Origin: a virus
Lineage: Duplodnaviria; Caudoviricetes
Length of the DNA stretch: 64,000 nt
IMG/VR virus record: IMGVR_UViG_2700989102_000001
Coordinates: 42,328-106,327 of that record
Reading direction: 5' to 3' (one strand)
The notes under the pieces were generated by a model. That model saw nothing but the letters and a program-made list of their open reading frames with translations. It did no database searches and was not told the DNA's origin. The stretch's first letter is position 1. Every line of letters begins with the position of its first letter. Positions 17,269-25,975 of this stretch are shown one piece after another. The translations under genes were made by a program, and so were the position numbers.

Positions 17269-18201
17269 ATTACCGTAAAGGTAACAATTGGGGGCACTAT
17301 TCCGTGCCAATCTTACGGAAATGTGCAGCCCAGTTTTGAAATAGAGGCCCCCTCCCACGAAGAAGCTTTTGAGATCGGCCTCCAGAAGCTGCAGCAGATC
17401 TGGAACCGCGTCGGGTCAAACCCCCTGGACATTAACCGGGGTGAGCCCGCCGCGCCGACCAAACCCCAGGGCATTCTCAAAAAGTGCCGGGTGTCCGGGG
17501 CTGAGGTCATCTTCGATCCGGTGGCCCACACCTACTATGACCACCGGGGCCGGAAGTACCGCGGCGGCTCCACCTTCGCCAGTCAGTACAAATCGCCATT
17601 CTTGGCGCAGACCATTGCTGAGAAGATGGCCGCCAAGCATGGGGTGTCCGCCGATGACATTCTGGCGATGTGGCAGCTCAATAGCGAGGCTTCCACCTCG
17701 TTCGGGACGTCTCTCCATGCCGCGCTGGAACTGTATGGCAGATATCTGGAGCTGTCCAAGACCCTAAAGGGCGGCACCGACGAGTCCTGCTTGACGAAAA
17801 ACCCGGTGCTGCGGCCGATTGTCCAGAAGTTTTTCACCGAAGAGAGAAAAGCCGAGGTGGCCTACTACGAGGAATTCGTCGCCGACCCCGAGACGTTGTC
17901 TTGCGGGTTGATTGACCGCCTCGTGGTGGAACCCGACGGGTTGTGGGTTGAGGACTACAAGACGAACGCGTCGGTAACAGACAAGAAAGAAGTCTACCTA
18001 CCGCCATTCAAGGACGTAGTGGAGCCAAATGCTCTGGGCGGCTACACCATCCAGTTGTCATATTACGGTGCGATCCTCAAGAAATACGGCCGGAACGTTA
18101 AGGGCCTTCGCATCCACCATTGGGATGGGGAGGGCTGGACTACGTACGAGCGGGAAATGGTCGACATTTCCGGGGAACTTAAGCCCATCAAGGAGAACTA
18201 A
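17269..18201 (+). CDS. PD-(D/E)XK (Cas4/RecB-like) exonuclease; probable ATT start (GTG alternative at 17323)
   Basis: H.Y, GTSLH, GLIDRL, DYKT and QLSYY motifs. Confidence 0.85.
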   Translation: MTVKVTIGGTIPCQSYGNVQPSFEIEAPSHEEAFEIGLQKLQQIWNRVGSNPLDINRGEPAAPTKPQGILKKCRVSGAEVIFDPVAHTYYDHRGRKYRGGSTFASQYKSPFLAQTIAEKMAAKHGVSADDILAMWQLNSEASTSFGTSLHAALELYGRYLELSKTLKGGTDESCLTKNPVLRPIVQKFFTEERKAEVAYYEEFVADPETLSCGLIDRLVVEPDGLWVEDYKTNASVTDKKEVYLPPFKDVVEPNALGGYTIQLSYYGAILKKYGRNVKGLRIHHWDGEGWTTYEREMVDISGELKPIKEN

Positions 18202-18521
18202 TGAGCGAACTCGGACAAAAGCTCATCAACGAGATCCGCATGGTCGCCGCGAGCAATCCCGACTACGTCTACCGGGATGATCACTACACCTGCGCATACG
18301 TCCAGGCGGGTGGCCCATCCTGCCTCGTCGGTCATGGGTTATGGCGACTCGGCCTGATCGATGCGAAGTTTGAAACCAATTGGCTCAATGTCGAAGTGTT
18401 CGACCACCTCTGGGCCGAATTCGGCCTGGAAATGGACGGGGAAGAGGTTAACTGGGTTCAGATGGCCCAGGAGCGGCAAGACGCCGGCCGCACCTGGGGC
18501 GAAGCGGTGGGCATCTCATGA
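18201..18521 (+). CDS. Hypothetical protein, paralog of 28217-28576
   Basis: MSELGQKLI...CLVGH...QD.G..WGEAV. Confidence 0.7.
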   Translation: MSELGQKLINEIRMVAASNPDYVYRDDHYTCAYVQAGGPSCLVGHGLWRLGLIDAKFETNWLNVEVFDHLWAEFGLEMDGEEVNWVQMAQERQDAGRTWGEAVGIS

Positions 18522-18772
18522 CCGCTCCACTGATCGAGTCCGTTGACCTTTCGGCATACGAATTCTCCATCCAGTGCGAGTCCCCGGGGTGCAACGAGTC
18601 GGCCGACTTTATGGCTAAGGGTTGCGCCGACCGCACTTATCGCAGCCTTTGCCACTATCACCTGGCGGTCGTGAAGAGGCGATTCGACCAGAATTGCGGC
18701 AAGGTGGTTTGCGAAGATTGCAACCGGCCGTGGTTGTTTTTTGAAACCCATTACGAGGTCACCAAGCTGTGA
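18518..18772 (+). CDS. Cys-rich zinc-binding protein
   Basis: CESPGC, CHYH, CEDC. Confidence 0.65.
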   Translation: MTAPLIESVDLSAYEFSIQCESPGCNESADFMAKGCADRTYRSLCHYHLAVVKRRFDQNCGKVVCEDCNRPWLFFETHYEVTKL

Positions 18773-19194
18773 GCCTTTCTCGACCATCAACACCGCGAAA
18801 AGAGCCGGAGAGGCCCGTTCAGCAGGTTGACACCCGGCCACCCGGCGCCGACGACCTCGACCCGGTAACCGTCGAGAGACGTATTCAAGAGCTTGTCGAA
18901 GCATTGGATGTCGCACTGCTGGAGTGGCGGGATCTCTTCCGGGCGCACAAAGAGGCTGACCGGAATTTCGACCAGGCCTACGCCTTGGCGAAGATCAACG
19001 TCGATAAGGACGTTCCCTATGCCGACCGTGGCCAGCACGCCACGCTCGAAACAATGGATGAGCGTGAAGCCAAGGATATCGCCCTAGAGGCATTCAAATA
19101 TGCCGAGGAGCGTCTGGACGCCATCAAGAAGGCGCTGTCCGCCTGGCAGTCTCTGTCGAACAGCATAAGGGCGGCGTATCTAAACGCCCGGTAA
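18769..19194 (+). CDS. Coiled-coil hypothetical protein
   Basis: Helical 141-aa ORF in operon. Confidence 0.65.
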   Translation: MSLSRPSTPRKEPERPVQQVDTRPPGADDLDPVTVERRIQELVEALDVALLEWRDLFRAHKEADRNFDQAYALAKINVDKDVPYADRGQHATLETMDEREAKDIALEAFKYAEERLDAIKKALSAWQSLSNSIRAAYLNAR

Positions 19195-19714
19195 AACGCC
19201 CGGTAGGGGAATGATGACGTTAACGCATGTTGATCTATTCGCGGGTATCGGCGGATTCTCGCTCGCGCTTCAGCGGGCAGGGGCTAAGACCGTTGCGGCG
19301 GTGGAGATCGACAAGCACTGCCAGAAGGTGCTCGGCCGGACATTTTCCGGAAGCCAAGATCTTCCCGGATGTATGCGACATTACTTCGGCGACGCTGACC
19401 GCTGCGGGCTTCGTCCCCTCTCGGGGGGTTATAACGGCTGGCTGGCCCTGTCAGGGCAATTCGGTGGCGGGGAGGCGCGCGGGCCTGGGGGACGCGCGGT
19501 CAGGCCTCTGGAGTGAGGTGTATCGGATACTCGATGAAAATCGACCCGCATACTTCATTGGCGAGAATGTTCCGGGGCTACTCAGCGTCAATAAGGGTAG
19601 GGATATTCGTCTCATCCTCAATGACCTTAATGATCTCGGTTACTTTGTGAACATGGATATTCTGGACGCGCAATTCTTTGGCGTGCCACAGCGTAGGAGG
19701 CGATTGTTCTTCGT

Positions 19715-20332
19715 ATGCCAGCGGGTCGATCATATACTCCAGCGGAAGACGACTTCATCCGCGCTCATTATCGCTCAAGTAGTTTCAGAGATATTGCGAC
19801 TCATCTTGGACGTAGCGAATCCGCCATTGCCCATAGGGCGTCGAAACTCGGGCTCCGCAAAAATGAGCTCCGTCGATGGACTTCGGATGAGGATGAAATT
19901 ATTCGAACTCGATGCGGAACCATCAGCCTGGGCGAACTTGCTGAGCTACTTGGACGACGGTCTAGCGAGGTCTCAACACGGGCCAGAAAACTCGGGTTTA
20001 CCTCTTGTCGAAAAAGGCGAACGCTCACAAGCGGCGGACACGTCATTAGCGGATTGGAAAACGGTAAATACCTCGTCGAGCATCGAGTGGTCATGGAGCG
20101 ACACCTGGGCCGCGCTCTGCGAAGCGACGAGATCGTGCACCACATCAACACCATCAAGACCGATAACGGAATCGACAATCTATTCCTGTGCGCGAATGCT
20201 TCTGAGCATCAGCGAGCGCATCGATCTCTCGATGACCTCGTCCCCGACCTTCTCTCCCGCGGCCTCATCTATTTCGATCGCACTGACGGAGTTTATAAAC
20301 TATGCCAGACAATCAAGTCGACAAGTTCCTAA
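19715..20332 (+). CDS. HNH endonuclease with N-terminal Myb-like HTH repeats, out of frame within the methyltransferase
   Basis: YTPAEDDFI and WTSDEDEII repeats; EHRVVME.HLGR.L...EIVHHIN..KTDN..DNL. Confidence 0.85.
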   Translation: MPAGRSYTPAEDDFIRAHYRSSSFRDIATHLGRSESAIAHRASKLGLRKNELRRWTSDEDEIIRTRCGTISLGELAELLGRRSSEVSTRARKLGFTSCRKRRTLTSGGHVISGLENGKYLVEHRVVMERHLGRALRSDEIVHHINTIKTDNGIDNLFLCANASEHQRAHRSLDDLVPDLLSRGLIYFDRTDGVYKLCQTIKSTSS

Positions 20333-20547
20333 CGACCTGGCCGGGAATAGTGGGTGGACTGATTTCATTCGACCAGCCGAATGCTCCATCGAATCTCTCC
20401 AGCATCTTGGAGACTCCGGGCGAACATCTGCGGAAGTACTTTTTGAGCGCCAAGGCGTGTCAGGGGATTCTGCGCAGGGCCGCGAAGCGGGGCCGGAAGC
20501 TGCCGGAGCCGCTGGAGCAAGCTCTGCGGGCAATAGCGAACGAGTAA
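20302..20547 (+). CDS. Alternative-frame ORF of the MTase locus (M.EcoHK31I beta-like)
   Basis: LSSILET...KYFLSAKACQGILRRAAKRGRKLP; GGAG upstream of ATG. Confidence 0.6.
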   Translation: MPDNQVDKFLTTWPGIVGGLISFDQPNAPSNLSSILETPGEHLRKYFLSAKACQGILRRAAKRGRKLPEPLEQALRAIANE

Positions 20548-21008
20548 CCGTCTCCACCCTACAAGGGGGGCACCCGCGGCTATCGGATAGATGCGGAAGC
20601 GGCAGCCGGCGGGCATCTACAGATCCAGTCGCGGCCTTGACGGCTAACGGCGTCGGGACTTGTGGCGCCGATGACAATCAAGCACAGGCGGGACACCTCA
20701 TTGCCGGCATTTTCCATTGCCCTTCGAGGGCGTAAGGACGGGGCGGAGATCGAGTGGGACGAGACCGGTCCCGCCTACGCCATTAGAACTGGATCTGGGG
20801 GATCTAGCAAGCCGATGATTTGTTCTACAGGTGGCGACCTCATTGGAGTTCGCCGGTTAACTCCCCTGGAGTGCGAAAGATTGCAGGGATTCCCCGACGG
20901 ATATACGGATGGACAGAGCGATGCTCAGCGATATCGCCAGTTGGGTAACTCCGTCGCTATCCCGTGTGTCCAGTGGATCGTTGACCGCCTGGTCGCGGTC
21001 GATCAAGC

Positions 21009-21341
21009 GTGAACGAGAAGCAATGCCGGGAGATCGTACGAAATAGGGCTGACGATCTTTGTGAACGTTGCGGGAGCGGCGGCGGCCTAACCCTGCATCA
21101 CCGCAGAAACCGCTCCCAGATGCCGAAATCCCGCCACTGGGAGGTGGCAAATGCGAGTTACCTGTGCGGTGACGGAACGCGCGGGTGTCACGGCTGGGCC
21201 ACCGTCAACCCCAGGGCTGCAGCAAAAGAGGGCTGGCACGTCAAGCCCTGGGAAGAGCCCGCCGATATCCCCGTCCGCTACCGCGGTGAGTGGGTTCTTT
21301 TACGTGAAGACGGCTCCATAGGAATGATCGATGAAGCATAA
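21009..21341 (+). CDS. HNH-family nuclease
   Basis: CERCG...LHHRRNRS...N...LCGDGTRGCHGW. Confidence 0.75.
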   Translation: MNEKQCREIVRNRADDLCERCGSGGGLTLHHRRNRSQMPKSRHWEVANASYLCGDGTRGCHGWATVNPRAAAKEGWHVKPWEEPADIPVRYRGEWVLLREDGSIGMIDEA

Positions 21342-21645
21342 GCAAACCGCCCTAAAGCATTGGTCGGGCGAAGTCATGGTAGACGAGGGTATCGCCACCC
21401 TTATCGAGAAGCTGTGGGGCCGGGGAGTCATCACCGAGTTCTCCTGCCAGGGCTGCGGCGATAACCCCGCCTACATCATGTTCACCGACCTTGAAGAGGC
21501 CGTTGAATTTGTCACGGAGTCCGTCGAGGCCACTCAAATGTATGAGTTCGACCTGGCCGTCTATCCGCCGGTGAATCATGACTACCCACGGGGGCGGGTG
21601 ACATTCCCCGCTGACTATGTGGAGATTCTGGAGGAGGTTTGGTGA
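21331..21645 (+). CDS. Hypothetical protein
   Basis: VDEGIA.LI..LW..G..T.FSCQG. Confidence 0.7.
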   Translation: MKHKQTALKHWSGEVMVDEGIATLIEKLWGRGVITEFSCQGCGDNPAYIMFTDLEEAVEFVTESVEATQMYEFDLAVYPPVNHDYPRGRVTFPADYVEILEEVW

Positions 21646-21926
21646 GCGATACTCAAACCATTTCCATAATTGAGCTTGAGGAGATGCTGTCGAGCGAGGT
21701 CCCGTGTGGCGGGAACAGCGTCCCGGTAGCGCGTGACTGCCCCCACAATGCTCCAGCCACTCTAATCTCCAGGCACCAGATGACGTGCACGGGCAACCCC
21801 AGGGCGCTCAAATGCGCGGATTGCCATTTGCAGTGGCTTAGGTACGCGCTGAGTAGGTCCGGCTGGGGGCGGTGCGCAGGCTGCGGACGCAAGTGGCCGG
21901 CCGAAGAGATGTACCAACCCCTCTGA
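21642..21926 (+). CDS. Cys-rich zinc-binding protein
   Basis: CADC, CAGC; GGAGG SD. Confidence 0.65.
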   Translation: MSDTQTISIIELEEMLSSEVPCGGNSVPVARDCPHNAPATLISRHQMTCTGNPRALKCADCHLQWLRYALSRSGWGRCAGCGRKWPAEEMYQPL

Positions 21927-21937
21927 AAGGGCATTTC

Positions 21938-22255
21938 ATGACCTACGGAACCTATAGCAACCTCAACCTCACAGAGGTCGTGGAGGTTAGCACCTATCGG
22001 GAATGCTACGACTGGCGTGTTCTCGGGGTGTGGTGGCACGAGGAAACCAACTCTTATCGGGTTTCCACCGACGGGGGATGTTCCTGCAACTCCCCGTGGG
22101 AGTACCTCAAGTCTCTTGAGGACTACGGCCCGCCCCTCACCTATGTAGAGGCCCGCACAAAAATCCAGAAAGAGGATTTCGACCCGGATTGCTTCAGCGA
22201 AAAGTTGGACGCTATCGAGAGGCTGGTGCAGTTTGAGCGCAACCGACAAGTTTAA
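21938..22255 (+). CDS. Hypothetical protein
   Basis: DGGCSCNSPWE motif. Confidence 0.7.
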   Translation: MTYGTYSNLNLTEVVEVSTYRECYDWRVLGVWWHEETNSYRVSTDGGCSCNSPWEYLKSLEDYGPPLTYVEARTKIQKEDFDPDCFSEKLDAIERLVQFERNRQV

Positions 22256-22523
22256 AGGTCCGGATATCAAGCCGGGCTCCGAAGTCATTTACAAACGAGG
22301 TGATGATGAGTTCGAGGCCGTAGTCGAGAGCGTTACCTACACTTCGGCCAGTCCGGCGATTTATGCCGAGCTCAACCGCTGGCAGAAGGTCCGGCGGGCC
22401 CTGACCCCGAAGCGCTGGCGTAAGCCCATCCCGGTCATTCGGGAGGCGCGGGGCCCTGAGATCCAGATCAACATGGTCGACTCCCTCTGGCGAGTTCGCC
22501 AACAGGTGCAGCTGATGGAGTAG
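22233..22523 (+). CDS. Hypothetical protein
   Basis: ORF track. Confidence 0.5.
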   Translation: MSATDKFKGPDIKPGSEVIYKRGDDEFEAVVESVTYTSASPAIYAELNRWQKVRRALTPKRWRKPIPVIREARGPEIQINMVDSLWRVRQQVQLME

Positions 22524-22556
22524 CTGCTCAAGCGTCCCGATAGCTAAAGGAATGTC

Positions 22557-23504
22557 ATGAAAATCTGGGCAATGCGCGGACTCCCCGGAAGCGGGAAATC
22601 CACCCGTGCGCGGGAAATCGCCAGGCAACACGACGCCGTCACCATCAACCGGGACCTCATCCGCCGGCAGCTCCTAGACTCCTGGTGGACGGGCAAAACC
22701 GAAGACGAAGACCGCGTCACCATTGCCGAGAAGGCCCAGGTTGAGGCATTCCTCAAGCAAAACGTCAACATCGTCATCGACAACACGAATCTTAATCCGA
22801 AGTTTCTTCGCCAGTGGGCGCGGCTCGCCACCCAATACGGTGCAGAATTCGAAGTCGTCGACATCAAAACCGACGTAGACGAATGCAAGCGCAGGGCATA
22901 TAGACGCTGGACCCAAGAGGCCGGCACCCCGCTAGAGCGCTACATCGACCCCCGGGTGATCGAAGCCAAGGCCAGGCAGTTCCCCATGGAGAAGTGGCCG
23001 AAGATCACGGCCGAGCCTTTCGTTCCGGAACCGGTGGAGCGCGACGCCACACTACCCGATGCGATCATCGTGGACATAGACGGGACTGTCGCCAGGAATG
23101 TCAGCCGCTCGCCCTTCGACTACACAAAAGTCTTGGAGGACGAACTCCATCCAGAGATTGCATGGCTGGTTAACGTTCTGTTCTTGCTGCGTTACCACAA
23201 CCCTGGCGAGGACCATCCGGAGATCATCTTCGTGTCCGGTCGGGACCACACCTGCTACGACGACACCATTCAGTGGCTGAACGATAACAACATCCCGTTT
23301 GACCGGTTGCTCATGCGGCCAGCAGACGCGCGGGATAAGCAGGGAAATAAGCTGCCCGATTTTCTCGTCAAGCATCAGCTCTTCAATGAGCACATCCGGG
23401 GCAAATACAATGTCCTGTTCATTTTGGATGATCGGGACCAGGTGGTTCGGACATGGCGCCGCATGGGGCTGAAGTGCCTTCAGGTAGCCGAAGGAAATTT
23501 CTAA
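22557..23504 (+). CDS. pnkp: Polynucleotide 5'-kinase / 3'-phosphatase (T4 PseT-like)
   Basis: GLPGSGKST P-loop, NRD; HAD DIDGT, SGR, DDR. Confidence 0.95.
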   Translation: MKIWAMRGLPGSGKSTRAREIARQHDAVTINRDLIRRQLLDSWWTGKTEDEDRVTIAEKAQVEAFLKQNVNIVIDNTNLNPKFLRQWARLATQYGAEFEVVDIKTDVDECKRRAYRRWTQEAGTPLERYIDPRVIEAKARQFPMEKWPKITAEPFVPEPVERDATLPDAIIVDIDGTVARNVSRSPFDYTKVLEDELHPEIAWLVNVLFLLRYHNPGEDHPEIIFVSGRDHTCYDDTIQWLNDNNIPFDRLLMRPADARDKQGNKLPDFLVKHQLFNEHIRGKYNVLFILDDRDQVVRTWRRMGLKCLQVAEGNF

Positions 23505-23615
23505 TGGAATTCTTCGCATTCCTGCGGGCACTCCTGTTGCTTTTCATCTGCATGGCCCTTATCGCCATCGGCGAGCAACTCGGCGAGATCATCGACATTA
23601 TATCGAGGTAAACAA

Positions 23616-24092
23616 TTGCCTGACGTAAATCGCGTCTGCATCGACTGCAAAAAGGCTGCCGAGGAGTCTGGTGCCGCAATCCCGAAGAGGAAGCCGGCGC
23701 TCAACGCCGACGGCACCCCCGTTCCGGGCAACCGTTGCATCACGCATGAGCGCGAGCGAAAGAAGCGGAGGCGAACCAGCGCCCGCGAGAGGAATTGGTC
23801 GAGGACCTACGGCATATCGGCCGAGGAGTATTGGCTTATATACGCAGAGCAGGGGGGCACCTGCGCCATCTGCCAAAGGGCGAAGGGGATCGGGAAGAAG
23901 CCACTCTGCGTAGACCATGACCACGAGACCGGCATGGTGAGAGGCCTCCTCTGCAACCCCTGCAATGCAGATGTGCTGGGCCATGCCCGCGACGATATCT
24001 CGTTCTTCGAACGTGCAATTGATTACCTAACCTCCCCTCCGGCGGTGCGCGCCATTGGCAGGAGGGTGATACCCGAGCAACCCGAGGAGTAA
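23616..24092 (+). CDS. Endonuclease VII-like protein
   Basis: YGIS.EEY...QGGTCAICQ...VDHDHETGMVRGLLCNPCN. Confidence 0.9.
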   Translation: MPDVNRVCIDCKKAAEESGAAIPKRKPALNADGTPVPGNRCITHERERKKRRRTSARERNWSRTYGISAEEYWLIYAEQGGTCAICQRAKGIGKKPLCVDHDHETGMVRGLLCNPCNADVLGHARDDISFFERAIDYLTSPPAVRAIGRRVIPEQPEE

Positions 24093-24096
24093 CCAT

Positions 24097-24321
24097 ATGT
24101 CTACACCGTGTGCTGGTAAGTGGGATATTTTCTGCGGGGAAGACGGATATGGGTGGTCAGAGGCCAAGAAGATCTGCCAGACCGAATGCTCCGAGAAGAT
24201 GCGAAACAAATGCTTGGAGAGATGCCTGGCGTTTGAGGAGCATGAGCCCGTTCGCCTGGGTGTGTGGGGCGGGCTGACCGCGCATGAACGAAACAAGATC
24301 TACGGCCGAAAGTCTTCATGA
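24097..24321 (+). CDS. whiB: WhiB-family transcription factor
   Basis: AKKIC..EC...C; GVWGGLT..ER. Confidence 0.9.
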   Translation: MSTPCAGKWDIFCGEDGYGWSEAKKICQTECSEKMRNKCLERCLAFEEHEPVRLGVWGGLTAHERNKIYGRKSS

Positions 24322-25118
24322 GTCAGTGCGCTGCATCTCCGAATTGTTCCAAGACTCCATCGAAGTTTAAGCGGGGCATGTGCGGCGCCCACCATCGAGC
24401 TTATCTGCGGCGCGCCAGGGATGAGGGGGTGTGGCGGGGGCATGTGCCCGCTGGGCCAGTCCAGGAGCATCTAAAAGCCCTGGCCGATGCCGGGGTGAGC
24501 GCTCAACGCGTCTCGTGGGTTACGGGGTTAAGCCTGAACACTCTCCTTCAGATTCCCGAGCGGGAGTCCCTTTGGTCGACGACCGCTGACAAGATTTTTG
24601 CCGTCCGGGTGGATGGGAATTTCCGCGAGGGCGGCAGGGGCATGATCCCCGTTCTTGGGTCTCGGCGGCGACTGCAGTCCCTGCACTCCCGCGGCTTCAC
24701 GGTCGCCCACTTGGCCGAGCGCCTCGGTATGAGTGTTACCGCTACGACCAGGATTTTGCGCCCTGATGATCCGCGCTCGGTGGACAGGGTGGAGTCGGGG
24801 ACGGCGCGCAAGATCGACGCCCTGTGGCGCGAGCTGCAACTTGCTGCCCCGCCGCAGGGCCCCGCGTGCACCAAGGCTCGCAGGCGTGCGGCAAAGCTCG
24901 GCTGGCCGGACCCCCTGGCTTGGGAAGAGAACGAGATCGATGACCCAAGAGCTCGGCCGCGCATTGACCCCACCCTCCTCACCAAGGGACGCCTTGAGGA
25001 GTACAAGAAGCTCCGCGACCAAGGCTTGACCAAGAAGGAAATAGCGAAGCGATTCAACCTCAACGAGTCGACTTTGTATGACTGGATCAACCGCCAGAAA
25101 GCCAAGGGAAATCTATGA
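24318..25118 (+). CDS. Multi-HTH DNA-binding protein
   Basis: N-terminal zinc finger, RRLQSL..RGF HTH, C-terminal GLTKKEIAKRFNL HTH. Confidence 0.75.
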   Translation: MSQCAASPNCSKTPSKFKRGMCGAHHRAYLRRARDEGVWRGHVPAGPVQEHLKALADAGVSAQRVSWVTGLSLNTLLQIPERESLWSTTADKIFAVRVDGNFREGGRGMIPVLGSRRRLQSLHSRGFTVAHLAERLGMSVTATTRILRPDDPRSVDRVESGTARKIDALWRELQLAAPPQGPACTKARRRAAKLGWPDPLAWEENEIDDPRARPRIDPTLLTKGRLEEYKKLRDQGLTKKEIAKRFNLNESTLYDWINRQKAKGNL

Positions 25119-25975
25119 GCATCTCCATGCGTGCTGTGACCGCCGATGGAATCCTTGAAAAAGATGACAAGGCCGTCGAGCCCGAGGTGTTCACCTTCCC
25201 TGGCGGGGAGCACCACCTCCGCAACATCCCTGATCATCCGAATATCAAGGCCTGGGTGGCGTGTGTGCGGGGGAGTGACCCCAACGACTTGGTGAAGGCC
25301 GGTCTGCTATCCGATGTCGCCCTCGGGCGCTCTCAGGAATTTGCCCTACTGCTACCTTATGCGCCGGCAGCCCGAGCTGATCGCGGTGAGCCCATGGGGG
25401 CCGGTGTTTACGCGGAGTTCGTGAATGCGGTTGGCGCCCGCAGGGTGGTCATCCTCGATCCGCACAGTCAGATGGTCGTGGCGTGCCTAAACGATGTCGT
25501 TGTCGCCGACCACGCGCCGTTGATCGAGCGGGCGCTGAAAACCTCGCAAAAGAAGTTCCACGCTCTCATCGCCCCGGATAGGGGCGCCACGGAGCGCACT
25601 CGCGCCGTGGCGAACCGCCTCGACATGGACTGGTACCAGGCCGGGAAGGAGCGCGACTTCGACACCGGCCAGATCCGTGGCATCAAGATGACGGAGCGCC
25701 TGCCAAAACACGGTCGGTACCTCGTTGTGGATGACATCTGCGACGGCGGCGGAACCTTCATGGGCCTCGCTGACGCCACCGGCCTGCCCCGCGAAAAGCT
25801 GGGGCTGTGGGTTACCCACGGAATCTTTTCCGGCAATGCCCACCTTTTGCGCAACTGTTACGAGCAGATCATCACCACCGATTCCCACCCCGGGCATAAC
25901 CGGGTGGACGTGGCCACGCTGATCCTCCCCGTTTACCACCATTTATTGAACACCGCCCTGAAAGGGTTATTGTGA
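25115..25975 (+). CDS. PRPP-synthetase-like protein (Adps of NARP1-type pathway)
   Basis: FPGGE, PYAPAARADR, DPHS, APDRGA, VDDICDGGGTF, VTHGIFS. Confidence 0.9.
   Translation: MSISMRAVTADGILEKDDKAVEPEVFTFPGGEHHLRNIPDHPNIKAWVACVRGSDPNDLVKAGLLSDVALGRSQEFALLLPYAPAARADRGEPMGAGVYAEFVNAVGARRVVILDPHSQMVVACLNDVVVADHAPLIERALKTSQKKFHALIAPDRGATERTRAVANRLDMDWYQAGKERDFDTGQIRGIKMTERLPKHGRYLVVDDICDGGGTFMGLADATGLPREKLGLWVTHGIFSGNAHLLRNCYEQIITTDSHPGHNRVDVATLILPVYHHLLNTALKGLL

Larger units (their letters stand above)
19211..21012 (+). pseudogene. C5-cytosine DNA methyltransferase, frameshifted/split and carrying an insertion
   Basis: Motif I DLFAGIGG in one frame; GWPCQ, ENVPG and QRRRR in a second; RRLTPLECERLQGFP and QLGNSV in ORF 20662-21012. 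Confidence 0.8.

Noticed and set aside
19715-20403. Intein in the methyltransferase (insert begins with Cys)
   Set aside because: No recognisable splicing blocks or terminal HN followed by C/S/T; the nuclease is in a different frame
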